This document shows, piece after piece, positions 13,730 through 25,996 of a stretch of DNA of 64,000 bases (its first letter is position 1; the number at the start of each line of letters is the position of its first letter). Origin of the DNA: Octopus vulgaris. Its lineage: Eukaryota. The stretch is taken from contig CATOCA020000001.1 in NCBI GenBank assembly GCA_951406725.2, positions 1,178,001 to 1,242,000 of the forward strand. The letters run 5' to 3'. Both the position numbers and the translations under genes were made by a program. The notes beneath the pieces are model-generated. The model did no database searches. It saw only the letters and a list, made by a program, of their open reading frames with translations, and was not told where the DNA came from.

Positions 13730-13760
<31 letters not shown>

Positions 13761-13782
13761 GATGATGATGACGACGACGATG

Positions 13783-13814
<32 letters not shown>

Positions 13815-14042
13815 GATGATGACGACGACGACGAGGATGAGGATGATGATGATGATGATGATGAAATTGTGATGAAAAATTAGAAATTGATAAGAATAAC
13901 GAAGGTGAAGGAAAATAAATCATAGAACGGATAAATATAGAGAAGAAAAGAAGAAGAAGAAGAAGAAGAAGAAGAAGAAGAAGAAGAAGAAGAAGAAGAA
14001 GAAGAAGAAGAAGAAGAAGAAGAAGAAGAAGAAGAAGAAGAA
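13540..14042. repeat. (GAT)n and (GAA)n trinucleotide microsatellites
   Basis: Direct reading: (GAT/GAC)n at ~13540-13865 and (GAA)n at ~13945-14042. Confidence 0.98.
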
Positions 14043-14369
14043 GCGAAAATGATTCGTGAAGAGAGGAGAAAGCAGTTGAAAAACTTAAAAGCAGAAGAAC
14101 CAGAAAATGATGAACAAGATGAATGTAGATAAAAAGTTGTGAAGAAGACGATAAATGCAGTAAAAGAAGATATATTAAGACAAGAAAAATAACGTGGAAT
14201 ATCAGAATGGGGAAACAAGTGGGAATAAAGGAATAAAAATACAAAAACTATAGTCACACATCAAACAAACGCAAACATATATATATATATATATACATAT
14301 ATTTTTTGTTTTTTTATCTCGCCTCACACACACATACACACACGCACACGTACACACTCACACATACAT

Positions 14370-14678
14370 ACACATCATTCTTGTTACCAACCTTCCTGTC
14401 TCCGCTCTTTTGTCTTTAAAAACCAACTTTGCCCCTGTTATCCAAAACTTCCGGCCTTTCAGCATATTTACTTCGTAAAAACCAGTCGCGTTTTTCTCCC
14501 TCCGTTCGCCCGCATCGGGATCTTTCTTTCTTCTTTCTTCCTTCTCTTATGTTTCCGACGAAGAGCTCCGCTCGAAACGTCATACCCTCCTTCTTCCATT
14601 TTTCCTGAGCGCCTAATAATAATAATACTTTAATTGTTCCACGTGTTGTTGTTTTTTCTGTTTTCCCGTTTGGATTAA

Positions 14679-14680
<2 letters not shown>
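14370..14680 (+). mobile_element. PLE-type terminal cassette with minimal hammerhead-like motif
   Basis: CCGACGA-A-GAGC-TCC-GCTC-GAAAC-GTC at 14555-14581. The end TTGTTCCACGT...GTTTGGATTAAC(TA)n is shared with 21090-21155 and 58250-58315. Confidence 0.6.
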
Positions 14681-14724
<44 letters not shown>

Positions 14725-14797
14725 TATGCATGTATGTATATACACGTTTATGTATTTGTTTTGCAATAATTTTGACGTGAAATCGTGTGTTGAAACA

Positions 14798-15272
14798 GAT
14801 ATTGTTGTATTTAGGAATGGTCATTTTGTTAGTTTAGCCAATAAAAAACACACGCACTATATATTTGGTGTTACTTTGCTTCAGCTTTATTTATTTTTTA
14901 CATTAATATTAATCTTCTTTCGTCACACTCCAGTGACCTCATCAGTGATACTTTGCTTTCTTCTTTCTTATTTGTGTCTCTCTCCTTACCAAAGGTCAGC
15001 CATTTTGTATTTTGTACTTTTATTGTATGTGTCTTCATACCTCTATATGGGTATACCTCTATATGTGTCTATGTTTAATTAGTGTGTGTGTGAGGGAAGT
15101 TCCTGTAATATTTGTATCTCCTGTTTATATACGTTCGAAAGAACTCTGGCCGAAATAACATTAAGTTTAATGTAAAAAATAAAAAACGCTGAAGCAATGT
15201 AACACCAAATATATAGTGCGTGAGTTTTTATTAGCTAAAATGGCAAAATGACCATTCCTAAATACAACAACA
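14798..15272. repeat. Inverted-repeat cassette (~120 bp arms) with a hammerhead motif at the inner end of the left arm
   Basis: TATTGTTGTATTTAGGAATGGTCATTTTG (14800) versus CAAAATGACCATTCCTAAATACAACAA (15244). Minus strand 14945-14918 reads CTGATGA-G-GTCAC-TGGAGT-GTGAC-GAAA. Confidence 0.8.
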
Positions 15273-15679
15273 ATATATATATATATGTGTGTGTGTGTGT
15301 ATGTGTGTGTGTGTGTGTGTGCGTGTGTGTACATACACACATCCACCTATATATACCTTATCAAACCCTGATGTATGAACGCACACACTCACTTCCAGCC
15401 CACACATATATTCCCACTTTCTTACACACAGGCAAACACAAATTGCAAGACAATATGAATTGTAGAAGAATGAGGGTAAATAAAGAAGATAAGAGAGACA
15501 TTTAGTTTGTGGAAGTGACATTGGATGACATATCGAGATCTTATTATGAAGAAGATGACTAACATAAGAGAAAGTTGATGATGAAGAATAGGCCGAAAAT
15601 GGAAACAACGATGAAGCAAGCAGCAGCAGCAGTAGTAGTAGTGGTAGCAGTAGTAGTAGTAGTAGTAGTAGTAGTAGAA

Positions 15680-15711
<32 letters not shown>

Positions 15712-16572
15712 AGAAGAAGGAGGAGGAGGAGGAGGTGGAAGAACAAGAAGAACAAGAAGAAGAATATGATGATGATAATGATAAGCTACAACAACAGCAA
15801 CAACATTAAAACAACAATAAGAGAAGTGGCAGAAAATGTAGGAGCTGAAGAAAAGAATGATGTAAAAAATAAGGAGGGAACGAAGGAGTCTGTCATGAAG
15901 AAGACTTGAATATATTTCTGATCTTATAATAATTCTGCTTGTCATTATGTTAATTACTCCGTCGGTAACGCTTTCTCGTGATTAGAGAAAAAGAGGGAGA
16001 ACGAAAAAGAGCGAGAGAGAAATGTCCATGACCTGAAGTAGAAGGAGCGTGACTGTAATGCTTTCACGTGATTAGTTGAATGGAATGAGAGACCAAGAGA
16101 AAGAAAAAGAAATGAGAAAACGAAAGTAAGTCGAAGAGTGGGGCAGAAAGAGAGGGAGAAGGAGAAAAGGGGAGAGAAAAAAGAGCGAGGGAGAAAAGAG
16201 GGGGAGAACATGTGGTTGGGGGAACGTAATATTTATTACGTGATGAAAAAGTTAGTTGAAGGTAGTGATATTGAGGAGGTTTACGAATATAATCTTAGCA
16301 GAGCGGTGATGTTCTGATGGTGAGATTAAAGGAAGGCAGAGAGGTAGATAAATAAATAGATAGATAAACTGTAAAAAATGAGTGAAAGGGGAGTGAGAGA
16401 CGGTGGTAGTGGTTGTGGTGGAAATGGTAATTGTGAGTGCATAATGCAAAGTAACTTTTGAATTGAACTAAGTATTTTATACCACCTTTCACTTAACGCA
16501 TGCTCATAACTGCAGTTCTGTTAAATATTCACACTTATTTACAGTGCCATATGTAAGGCGTATATATATATA

Positions 16573-16621
<49 letters not shown>

Positions 16622-16622
16622 C

Positions 16623-16672
<50 letters not shown>

Positions 16673-16929
16673 CATATTTATATTTATTTATTACAATTAA
16701 GAAAAATACACGTTATAATTAAAATATATATATTTCAATTAAAATAAAGTTGGACACACAGTAAATTCCATCTCAACAAGATCCCGGTTTATGTTGTTAC
16801 TGCTTCTCATACATACTGCCGTTGGTTGTGCTTCTGCTACGGCGAGATAGAAATTCGCAGTTTACGGCTATTTGGTCCTCGTTCCAATGCTGTGCTTATG
16901 AAATAAGCAAATTACAAAACTTGACTGAA

Positions 16930-17703
16930 CAATGGATAGATAAAGAAGATTAGAAGCTACTCGCGAGAGGGTTAGGCACTACAGACAGCTGATAATTGAA
17001 GAACATCGGTAAGAAATCAGAGAAAGGGACGAATGGTACCAACAGATGAGACGATCTGCAATAGATGAAGAGCAACGCAAGGCAGAATTGTAGTGAGAGA
17101 GAATGCGAGACCAAGGTAGAAGACAGGATGAGGAAGAACAAACACAGTAGAAGGAACAACAAAGATTGATATTTCTGCGGAGAATGGAAAACATGAATGA
17201 TATGCAGCGTGCGCAGTATCAGGACCAACAGAAAAGCGTAATGTAACAGAGAAGGGAGAATACGGATGATTTGGAAGGGGCCGCTTGTCTCCAAGGTCAA
17301 ACAGAGAGACATCAAGATGGAGTTGCAAGTATGAATGCTGAACAGGCGTTACGTTTGCGAGATGAACAGGTGCAACGAAAGCGTGAAGCAAGACATGGAC
17401 TACCACTGAACAGACACAATAATCCTAAACGAACCTATCGTATTGGTGATATGTACTTATATTGCTAGTATTGTGGAGAACTGAACTTTAAATATGAAAA
17501 CTTCATGTTCTTTCACAATATAAAGTGAATTTTCCTCCACTGCAACTAAACCCTCAGACATTGAAGCGTTTGTCTGAGAAAATTACCAAGAGTCTGCTTC
17601 ATTTCGAAAAAAACATCAGCAATTACAACTACATATCTTCCTTTACGTCATTTGGTGTGAAACTCTCTCTGCCGCAAGGAAGAGGTCTACATTGTTTCTG
17701 TAT
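16930..17703 (+). mobile_element. Helitron RepHel N-terminal remnant, interrupted by Gypsy
   Basis: Charged repeats, then RIGDMYLYC..CG.LNF...KVNFPPLQ...HFEKNISNYN..SFTSFG...GRG..CF, typical of Helitron N-termini. Confidence 0.8.
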
Positions 17704-19991
17704 TGTTGTGGAAGGATTCCGACCACCTTCCAATTGACTAAAAGGGAACTGACACATTCCTATTAAATAGACAACTGTCGAGTCTTCAGCAATTAACTGG
17801 AAACTAGTTCACTGTGAGCCATTGACAAAGATCGTTTGGTAATCGATTCGCGTCGTGTAAACACTTTCTTTCCCCCTGATTCCTTAAATCATACGTTCCA
17901 AACCAGGGTATAAAAGTGGCGAAGAGTTCTTCGAAGTTTGCGTTGGATGTTTAAATTTGTTTGGGATGGGTATGAAACCAAATAATATTCGTTTAAGATA
18001 GAAGGCTTAATGGCGTCTGTGGTGCAGTTGCAACAGCAACAATAGTAACAACAAGAGCAACTATAAAAGCAACAACAACAAAACCAATAGTTGCTGGAAT
18101 TAATGTTAAAGAAGTCTAAAAATACTTCAGGTGTGAACTTGCCAGACAGCGTAGCAATCTCTATTGAAGTATTCAGTTATAATCCAGAGGAAGGGATTAC
18201 CTTCTCTGCATAATTTCGAAGATACGAAGAAATTCTCAAAGAAGAATTTAAAAATTGATCTGAGAGGAAAAATAGTACGACTACTTTGTAAGACAGGTAT
18301 CCCTTGCCAAATACAAAAAATATAGTAATTATATTCTACCCATGAAGTCAGGTGAGATTTGTAACTATAAAAACTATTAACATTTTATCAAATGATTTAG
18401 AACTGGACGAAAATTAACTCTTCAGACAGAAGCAGAAGAATGCCTTGAAAGACGAACAAAATGAAGAAAGTGACGCACAAAACGAAATTGAAGAAAAAGA
18501 TTGCTCTCATAACGGATAAGAAATAAGAGATTGCTCTCGTAACGGATAAGAAATAAGAGAAATTAATGTCAAGATCGAATCCATGTTGTGGGTGCGGTGG
18601 TCAACATTTTAAAAGTAACTGCCCGTTTCAAAATATAAAAGGCGTCAAATGTGGCAAGAGAGATCATAAAAAAATCACACTGTAGAACAAACCTGGAAAA
18701 CAGTTCAACAGAAAGAAAACACGAAAACAGGTTACCGGTGACCAAAAAACGAGCAGCCTCAAAGGAAATTTGTGTACGTAAAGTTGCAACTAGATAAGGG
18801 CAGTGATACCTGTATAATTAACACAGATACATAGAAAAAAAAACAGAAATCCTAGATTAAAAGACATTTCGAAAATTGTAGGTGGTGTTTCAGGAAAATA
18901 ATTACATTTTAATGGCGTAATGATAAACCACGTTCCATTTCGTGGGAAAACCTTAAAAACCAAAGATTTTGTGTTGAATAATATCCCAAATCTATTCGTA
19001 ACATTGAATAGAATTGTTTAACTTATGGGAACTCCCCATAAATCTTTTCAGTAAAAATGTGAATGGTTTTCTTGCCAATACAAATGAATCGTCGGACGAT
19101 TTGTAAAAATAATTTTAAAAGATTTTTCCTGAAGTTCTCTCTGATAAATTAGATCTCAGCATCACAACGAAAACGAAGTTCCAAGTAAAAGTAAATGCCA
19201 AACCGGTATTTAAATATAAGCGAACTGTAACTTTTGCATCGTTGGAACAGATATGCTTTTGCGTCGTTAGAAACAAATAAACAAAATCAGAGTGTATGCT
19301 GATTTTTTCCACTCGTTTAAAAGAGTGACTTAAAATGTTCCCATATCCGCTGCCTACCCTGGAGGATATATTTGCAAAATTAGACGGTGGCAAGGTATTT
19401 TCTTAATTGGATATCTCTGATGCGTACCTACATATTAGCGTAGACGTGAATGCTATAAATACCTAAAAATTAACGCACATATATATATACAACAGGTTAC
19501 TGTATGCCTTTATCTCACACCGGCAATTTTTCAACAGCTTATAGATGCAGTGTTAGCGGATAGTGAATTTGCATTTTCATATCCGGATGATATACTCATT
19601 AAAAGCGAATCACAAGATCAACATGTAGAGCACGTAATATATATGTTCGAAAAATTTAGGGATTATATTGAAAAAGAAAGCGTGAATTGTTTCTTACCGA
19701 ATATAAAATTGTCAATAATTGAAAGAAATGGACGAGGACCAGATCCGTTGATGGCAGACGCAATTAAATACATGCCCCCTCCGACAAATATGACGACCTT
19801 ACATGATTGCTTTGGAGACAAGCAAATTATGACCAAAATCATATTCTAAATATGCATAGGGTAAGTGTTACTGTAGAATATGTATTTAAAAAAGGTAAAT
19901 TGAAATTGCTCTGAAAATTGTCAAAGGGAATTCGACGAAATTTTAAAATATTAACATCTGATTTGTTGTTAGCACGCTTCGATTCTGTAGC
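17704..19991 (+). mobile_element. Ty3/Gypsy (Mag-like) LTR retrotransposon remnant: 5' LTR, gag, protease, RT
   Basis: Starts TGTTGTGG; PBS-like TGGCGAAGAG at 17917. Gag FSYNPEEGITF, tandem zinc knuckles at ~18580-18685, protease LQLDKGSD, RT YPLPTLEDIFAKLDGGK and YPDDILI. Confidence 0.88.
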
Positions 19992-20002
19992 AAAACAAAT
20001 AC

Positions 20003-20545
20003 ATAAACATTTCACTTAAACCCGCGTAAATAGTTAATTTCCCTAAAAATTTCTCATTTACTTTTGCGCCGGTTTTTTGTTTGTCTGTTGTTAATGGCTT
20101 TTTTCTGGTTCCTTCGATACTGGCACTTTGGTTCAGAAAGTGACAGATTTCACTTCAACACGTACAATTCTTTATTCTCCGTAAAACTATCTTGTTAATG
20201 TTCTGCTCATCGTATTAGGAAATGTAATTTTCGTTACCCAGTTATTTTCATTGTTTACTATCTTCTGCGCCGTGTATTTCTGTATAACCATGCCTAGAAG
20301 GAAGGTGTCAAATTTGTCTACAATGTCAAGGTAAAGCCAAAAGAATGTATCTGTCCAGGGAAAGAGAGACAGCTTCAGAAAGGGAAGAATACCAAGAAAC
20401 GAACAGACTGTGCACTACGAAAAAAACAGAACCTCTCAAAGTGAGGAACAGAGGTTTGCACGGCTGACAAGGAATAAGATCTCCACTGCAGAGAGACAAG
20501 GAATAAGATCTCCACTGCAGAGAGACAAGGAATAAGATCTCCACT
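20003..20545 (+). mobile_element. 5' region and N-terminus of a second Helitron-like family
   Basis: ATG at 20290 gives MPRRKVSNLS followed by frameshifted R/E-rich 'ET..ER...SEEQR.ARL'-type repeats; 29-bp tandem repeat at 20467-20545. Confidence 0.5.
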
Positions 20546-21030
20546 AATTACATTTATTTTTGACTGAGTATTCGTTTTCCTCTCCTCCCTATTTTCTTTC
20601 TTCTTTCTCTTCTACTACTTTCTTTTCCCTCTAAGCAGTTATGAAAGCGAAAGCTCATTATGTCACTTTATCTAAAGAGGAACGCAAGACTTCCTCGTTC
20701 ATATTTGAATATGTTGCATGTCTGCAGTCTTATTTGTATTTTATTCGTTCCCCAACTAGTTGGCGATATAACAACATGCCAGATGACACTCGAAATCTTT
20801 AGCCACACACAACTTTACCGATGTGCCTAATGGGATCCAGACTGATCGATGTGCCTGATGGGGTCCAGACTGATCGATGCAACACAACACGTTGAACAGA
20901 GTCCCACAAATAAAGGACAATAGCAAGACGGGTCGAAACGAAAGTTGTACAGAATAAAATGTAATACCAGATCCATCATTTCGTTACTTAATATAATTAT
21001 GTATACACAAATACACACAAACACGCAAAC

Positions 21031-21094
<64 letters not shown>

Positions 21095-21151
21095 CTCTTT
21101 TTGTTCCACGTCTTCACGTTGTTGTGGTTTTTTGTGCTTTCTTGTTTGGAT

Positions 21152-21196
<45 letters not shown>

Positions 21197-21199
<3 letters not shown>

Positions 21200-22975
21200 G
21201 GTTGGCCGGCCTGTGAAACCCACCGACAAAGCAATTTTCTAGACATCCTACTGAAACCCTTGCTGAAATACATCAAAAGTTTCATTAGAGAAAATCCAAT
21301 TAATGAAGAGGCAATATTGGCTTCCCTCGATGTTATCAATCTTTACACCAACATCCCCCATGACTTTGGAATAAAAGCAATTAAATTCTGGTTGGAAAAG
21401 TACTCCCGGAATGCATAAGCTAGATTTTTATAATTGAATAATTAAAATTTATATTTCAGAACAATTATTTCCTCTTTGATGACACATACTATCGTCAAAA
21501 ATGCGGAATTGCGATGGGAACGAAAGCAGCTCCTGTTCTTGCGAACCTCATAATGGGTTATTTTGAATTCACCTTATATGAAGTATCACTTCAGAAATAT
21601 GGTTACCCTTTTACCTCTACATAAGAGAAAATTAGAAGAGATACCTTGATGACTGCTTTATCATCTGGAAGGTGGACATCGACAAACGCTTGGATTTCAA
21701 ATCAACACTAAATGACATCAATAGTAACATTCAATTCACAATGGAATATAACAAAGAACAAGTCCCATTTTTAGACGCCATGATAAAAAAACTTAACAAT
21801 GAAGTCATAACTGACATTTATTATAAACCAACTGATTCAAAACAATATCTTCTGAATTAGACACGAAAACACTAAGAACAAGAAAACATAACACCACAAC
21901 TCAACTCAAAACATTACTATTTATATCAACACACAACCACAGAAACAGTGAGGCATTCACCACTATTGTGTAAGCTCTTCCTTTGCTTAATAGAAATCCA
22001 AAAACGAACGACATCCTGAAAACACAGAAACTCATCAAATGGAAAAAACAAGACAAATTGCAAAAGAGACTACTAACAAACGCGAAGCTTTACAAAGCAA
22101 CCAAAAAACCAACGGTTGAAAAATGTGGACGCCCAAACTGCGGAACCTGCCCCAACCTGCTTGAAATCTCGGACTTCCTTTTCAAAAAAGGACAGAGGTT
22201 CACAATTAAAACTAGTTTCACTTGTGCATCTGAGAACCTAATTCATGTAATAACCTGCTCGGGTTGAGGACACCACTATATTGGACAAACGAGTATGCCC
22301 TTGAGAAAGAGAACCACTCTAAATAAATGGCAAATCCGTTTCCCGGAATACAGACAAATTCCTCTCAGTGAACATATAGAAACATGTGCAGGTAACATCA
22401 AACCAAATTCCAAACTCTTCCTTTTTTACCAGTGCAAAGACGCAATCTCTCAACTAGAACGTTTAAATAAAGAAACTTTTTTCATTGAAAATACAAGAAA
22501 ACGCCTTAATATCCACGCATAACCAACTGTTATCTTTTTATATATTTCAATTCACGAATACATCACTGTACATAAACCGACTACTAAACTAGGTTTTTGA
22601 AACTTGTCTGTCTGTACTCCTATATAATCCGCACCCATTACCGAAAGCTGAACCGTTATCTCCCTTACCCATACAATAACAATAATAACGACAACCAATA
22701 ACCGCCCTTTCTTTATCCACTTGTGAAGTCATTCACTCGTGAATTTCATCACACACAACATGGACAAAATTTCTTTCTAAGAAAAAATATATATTCAAAT
22801 AAGTAAAATATAATATCATGAATAGCGATATCCAAACCGGTCAATATATTAAAAATTATATTAAAACTATGTAAGTGTGCGTATTTTCTTTTTTTAATTT
22901 CTTATATACATGACAACTCACCACGTGGGGATAATCGAAATTCCTCTTTTCTGTTACTACAACTACCAACTACTG
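21197..22975 (+). mobile_element. Penelope-like element family 1 (RT plus GIY-YIG), decayed, 5'-truncated
   Basis: PACETHRQSNFLDILLKPLL, SLDVINLYTNIPH, GIAMGTKAAP, RYLDDCF, TDIYYKPTDSKQYL, CGRPNCGTCP, NLIHVITC...HYIGQT. Confidence 0.93.
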
Positions 22976-23139
22976 CTAAATATATACATATATATATATA
23001 TATATTGGATATGAGAGGTAATGTTTTCAAGGAGACCCAAATGTGACAGTCAAAGCTGAGTAGGTGCTATGGACATGCAAATGAGGAGTCCAACGTAGGT
23101 CATATATTAACATGGATATGTATAAAATTAACAGAAGGA

Positions 23140-23398
23140 AATAAAGATCCAAGGCTGTGAAAGATTTAAGAACATTTCGAAAGAGAAGACGTTACGTCTG
23201 TTTCCGGGATATTTATGTATCTCTTCATCGGAGACGGTGCGAGAAGATGTTTAAGCAATAGGTATTCTAGAATAACTATTCCTTAACCATTTTCTTACAC
23301 CGTCTTCGATGAAAGAATATATAAAATATCCCTGGAGCAGCAGAAAGACCTCTCTATAAATGTTCTGAAATCTTTCAAAGCCTTGGACTTTTATCTGA
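23140..23398. repeat. ~250 bp imperfect palindrome with a hammerhead-like motif in each arm
   Basis: Arms CCAAGGCTGTGAAAGATTT..GAACATTT and AAATGTTC.GAAATCTTTCAAAGCCTTGG; centre ATTCTAGAAT. Confidence 0.85.
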
Positions 23399-23448
23399 TT
23401 CATTTATATATATATATATATGCAAACACACGCACAGACGTACACACA

Positions 23449-23512
<64 letters not shown>

Positions 23513-23957
23513 GATACAAATACATATATGTATGTATAAATGCAAGTGTATGTGGTTATCTATGATTGTTTACGAATTTCATTTTCAAATTTCTCAATCC
23601 CGAATTATAGGTTGTCCATAAATAGTGGACCTGGACACCGACATAACCATTTCTTGGCCTGAGAAACAGTAGAATTACCCGATCAACGACAATATATATA
23701 TGTGTATATATATATTTACAAGCAGTAATTGATAAAGGGCAACAACCCTGGAACGTGTCTGCAGCTGTCTGACTAGCAGGATGAAGCGGCTGACCTCCCC
23801 TGTGCGAAGGTTTATAACGGACGCAGTTTGTGTGCCAAGTAGCTAGCTAGAGGCGGTGGCCTCTTGGAGCTAATCAGCGACAGCTTTAGTCTTATATTTA
23901 TAAGACTGCCATATTAGTATAGCGATAATTATTAATTATATATATATATATATATAT

Positions 23958-24824
23958 ACGCGGTTGTATCAAAATTTCACGGAAAAACTCTATAGCGCGC
24001 CAACGCTTGGATGCACACATTTGCATGCACACATTTGCATGCACGGTGATAGCGAGCAGTGACCTTCATGAAGCAGTATGCTGAGTAACATCGATGTGTA
24101 TACTTCACACGATGTGGAATTTGTATTTTTGTGATGACGTGTATGAACAGGACGGGTATGGATGAAAGAACCAACATGAAATTATATGTAAAAATTGGGA
24201 AGTCTGCTTTAGAGAGATGGAGCATGCATCGGCAAGATTATAGCGACGAGACAATGGGTCGCACGTAGCATTTCAAGTTCACAGGTTCACGAGAGAATGA
24301 CAACTTAATCAAGAGCATTTTCAATATTGTTTCTACATCGTCAGCATTGTGCATTGAGAATTCGACCCCCAAGTCCAAAAGAGGGATCAATTGCGACATT
24401 TTAAAGCTTTTCAAGGATGACATTCGAGAAAACTGACTGGGTTTGTGGTGCGTAAATTATTGTAATTTTCACGACGACAATGTACCCTGTCACCACACTC
24501 GTGAGTTTCTTGCCAAAAGCAACATGCTATCGCTTCTGTGCATGTCCTTTTTGCCAGATTCAGCACCTGGTGACCTCCATCTCTTCACCAAGATGAAAAT
24601 ACGGTTCAATGATCGAGTTCAATAGGAAATTTACCACCGTTGTTGAGATCAAGATGTCCTCAAGAGGCCGGATTCCAAAAGTGTCAAGAAAGCTGGATCG
24701 GGTGTATTCGAAAAGCTTGGCGGTGTATTCCTGCACATGGTGACTTTACCGAAGGAGATGAAGTTAATATAAGTTAGTTTTATTAAACATAACTCATCCA
24801 GGAACATAACGATGCCACTTTGTA
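23958..24824 (+). mobile_element. mariner-family DNA transposon remnant
   Basis: TA-flanked TIR-like ends (TACGCGGTTGTATCAAAA / CGATGCCACTTTGTA); N-terminus MDERTNMKLYVKIGKSA; C-terminus FHDDNVPCH...PDSAPGDLHLFTKMK. Confidence 0.85.
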
Positions 24825-24957
24825 TGTATACGATGGTTTTTTTTAGTTACCTTGAACAAATATACACGAGTTTGTTGTGCTGTAAGCCAGAGTACACGCA
24901 GTGGGACTGAATACAGTAGAAAATATTATATCACATTCATGCCAACACCTAATCGTA

Positions 24958-24991
<34 letters not shown>

Positions 24992-24997
<6 letters not shown>

Positions 24998-25843
24998 TTG
25001 CAACACGAAATTGCCACAATTACCTTTTAAAATTTCGTGCATGCGCATTCTTTGTTTTTGACTTTGTCGACAACTCAGTATAGTATGATCAGTTGGGTAC
25101 CGTCTGTGAGAAAAACAGCACCATGGCGTAAGTCACTCTGCCAGAAATTTTGGAAACGACATGCTGTACTGCTTGGCATTCGCACCGAAAGATCTAATAT
25201 GAACATTTCAGAGTGTTTGGGTGTCACTCTGAGGAATGTGCAATCCAAGGACACGTACTGAGACTGATAAAAATCAAACATCCAGTCAACATCATGGTGT
25301 TTGGAACGATCACTTGTGATGGTGAAATTATGCTTTCATTCACGGTTTCAGACTGAATACGGGGGCCTAGATCAAGTGCCTGGAGCAAAGGGGTGACTGA
25401 TGGAAGATCCTATCTCTGGCAGCAGGAATCTGTACCATGCCATACAACCAGGAGAACCCAGTCATGGCTGTCAGACAAATTCTGCGACCACATCACCCCT
25501 AAAATCACGCCATCTAACTCCCCAGACTGCAACCCCCTTGATTTTTATGCGTGGGACGCAGTTGACTGAGAGGTCAACAAAACCCATTGTAACATCAAAG
25601 ATAAACTGAGTGCAAGGATTATGGCAGTATTCACGAAATTAAACAAGGTGACCGTCGAGAGGAGTTGCAGGAGATTCCGAAGCTGACCGGAAGACGTGGT
25701 TGAAGCCAATAGCGAATTTATTGAATACATTTACTTTCAAGATATTTTTCTATTGTTTTGGTAAATATACCTGTTAAAATGGGATGTCAGTGTCATTTTC
25801 ATTTTTGCGTAATTTAGATGACACTATATTTACTGTAACCTGT
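24992..25843 (+). mobile_element. Tc1/mariner (maT/DD37D-like) transposon remnant
   Basis: HPVNIMVFG, WQQ...PCHT, PSNSPDCNPLDF..W, EDVVEAN.EFIE; ends TAGGTTGCA / TGTAACCTGTA. Confidence 0.8.
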
Positions 25844-25845
25844 AC

Positions 25846-25940
<95 letters not shown>

Positions 25941-25996
25941 CTGTGTGTATGTGTGTGTGTGTGTGTGTGCATGTGTGTGTGTTTTGTGTGAGGAGG

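Noticed and set aside
13507-14257. ORFs encoding poly-Asp, poly-His, poly-Leu, poly-Met or poly-Ser (also 15258-15945 and 51769-52230)
   Set aside because: Read-through of (GAT)n and (GAA)n microsatellites; lengths and frames are not conserved between the duplicated copies.
20467-20545. CRISPR-like direct repeats (also the 28-bp repeat at 20816-20878)
   Set aside because: Simple head-to-tail tandem duplication with no unique spacers and no cas genes, in a eukaryotic context.
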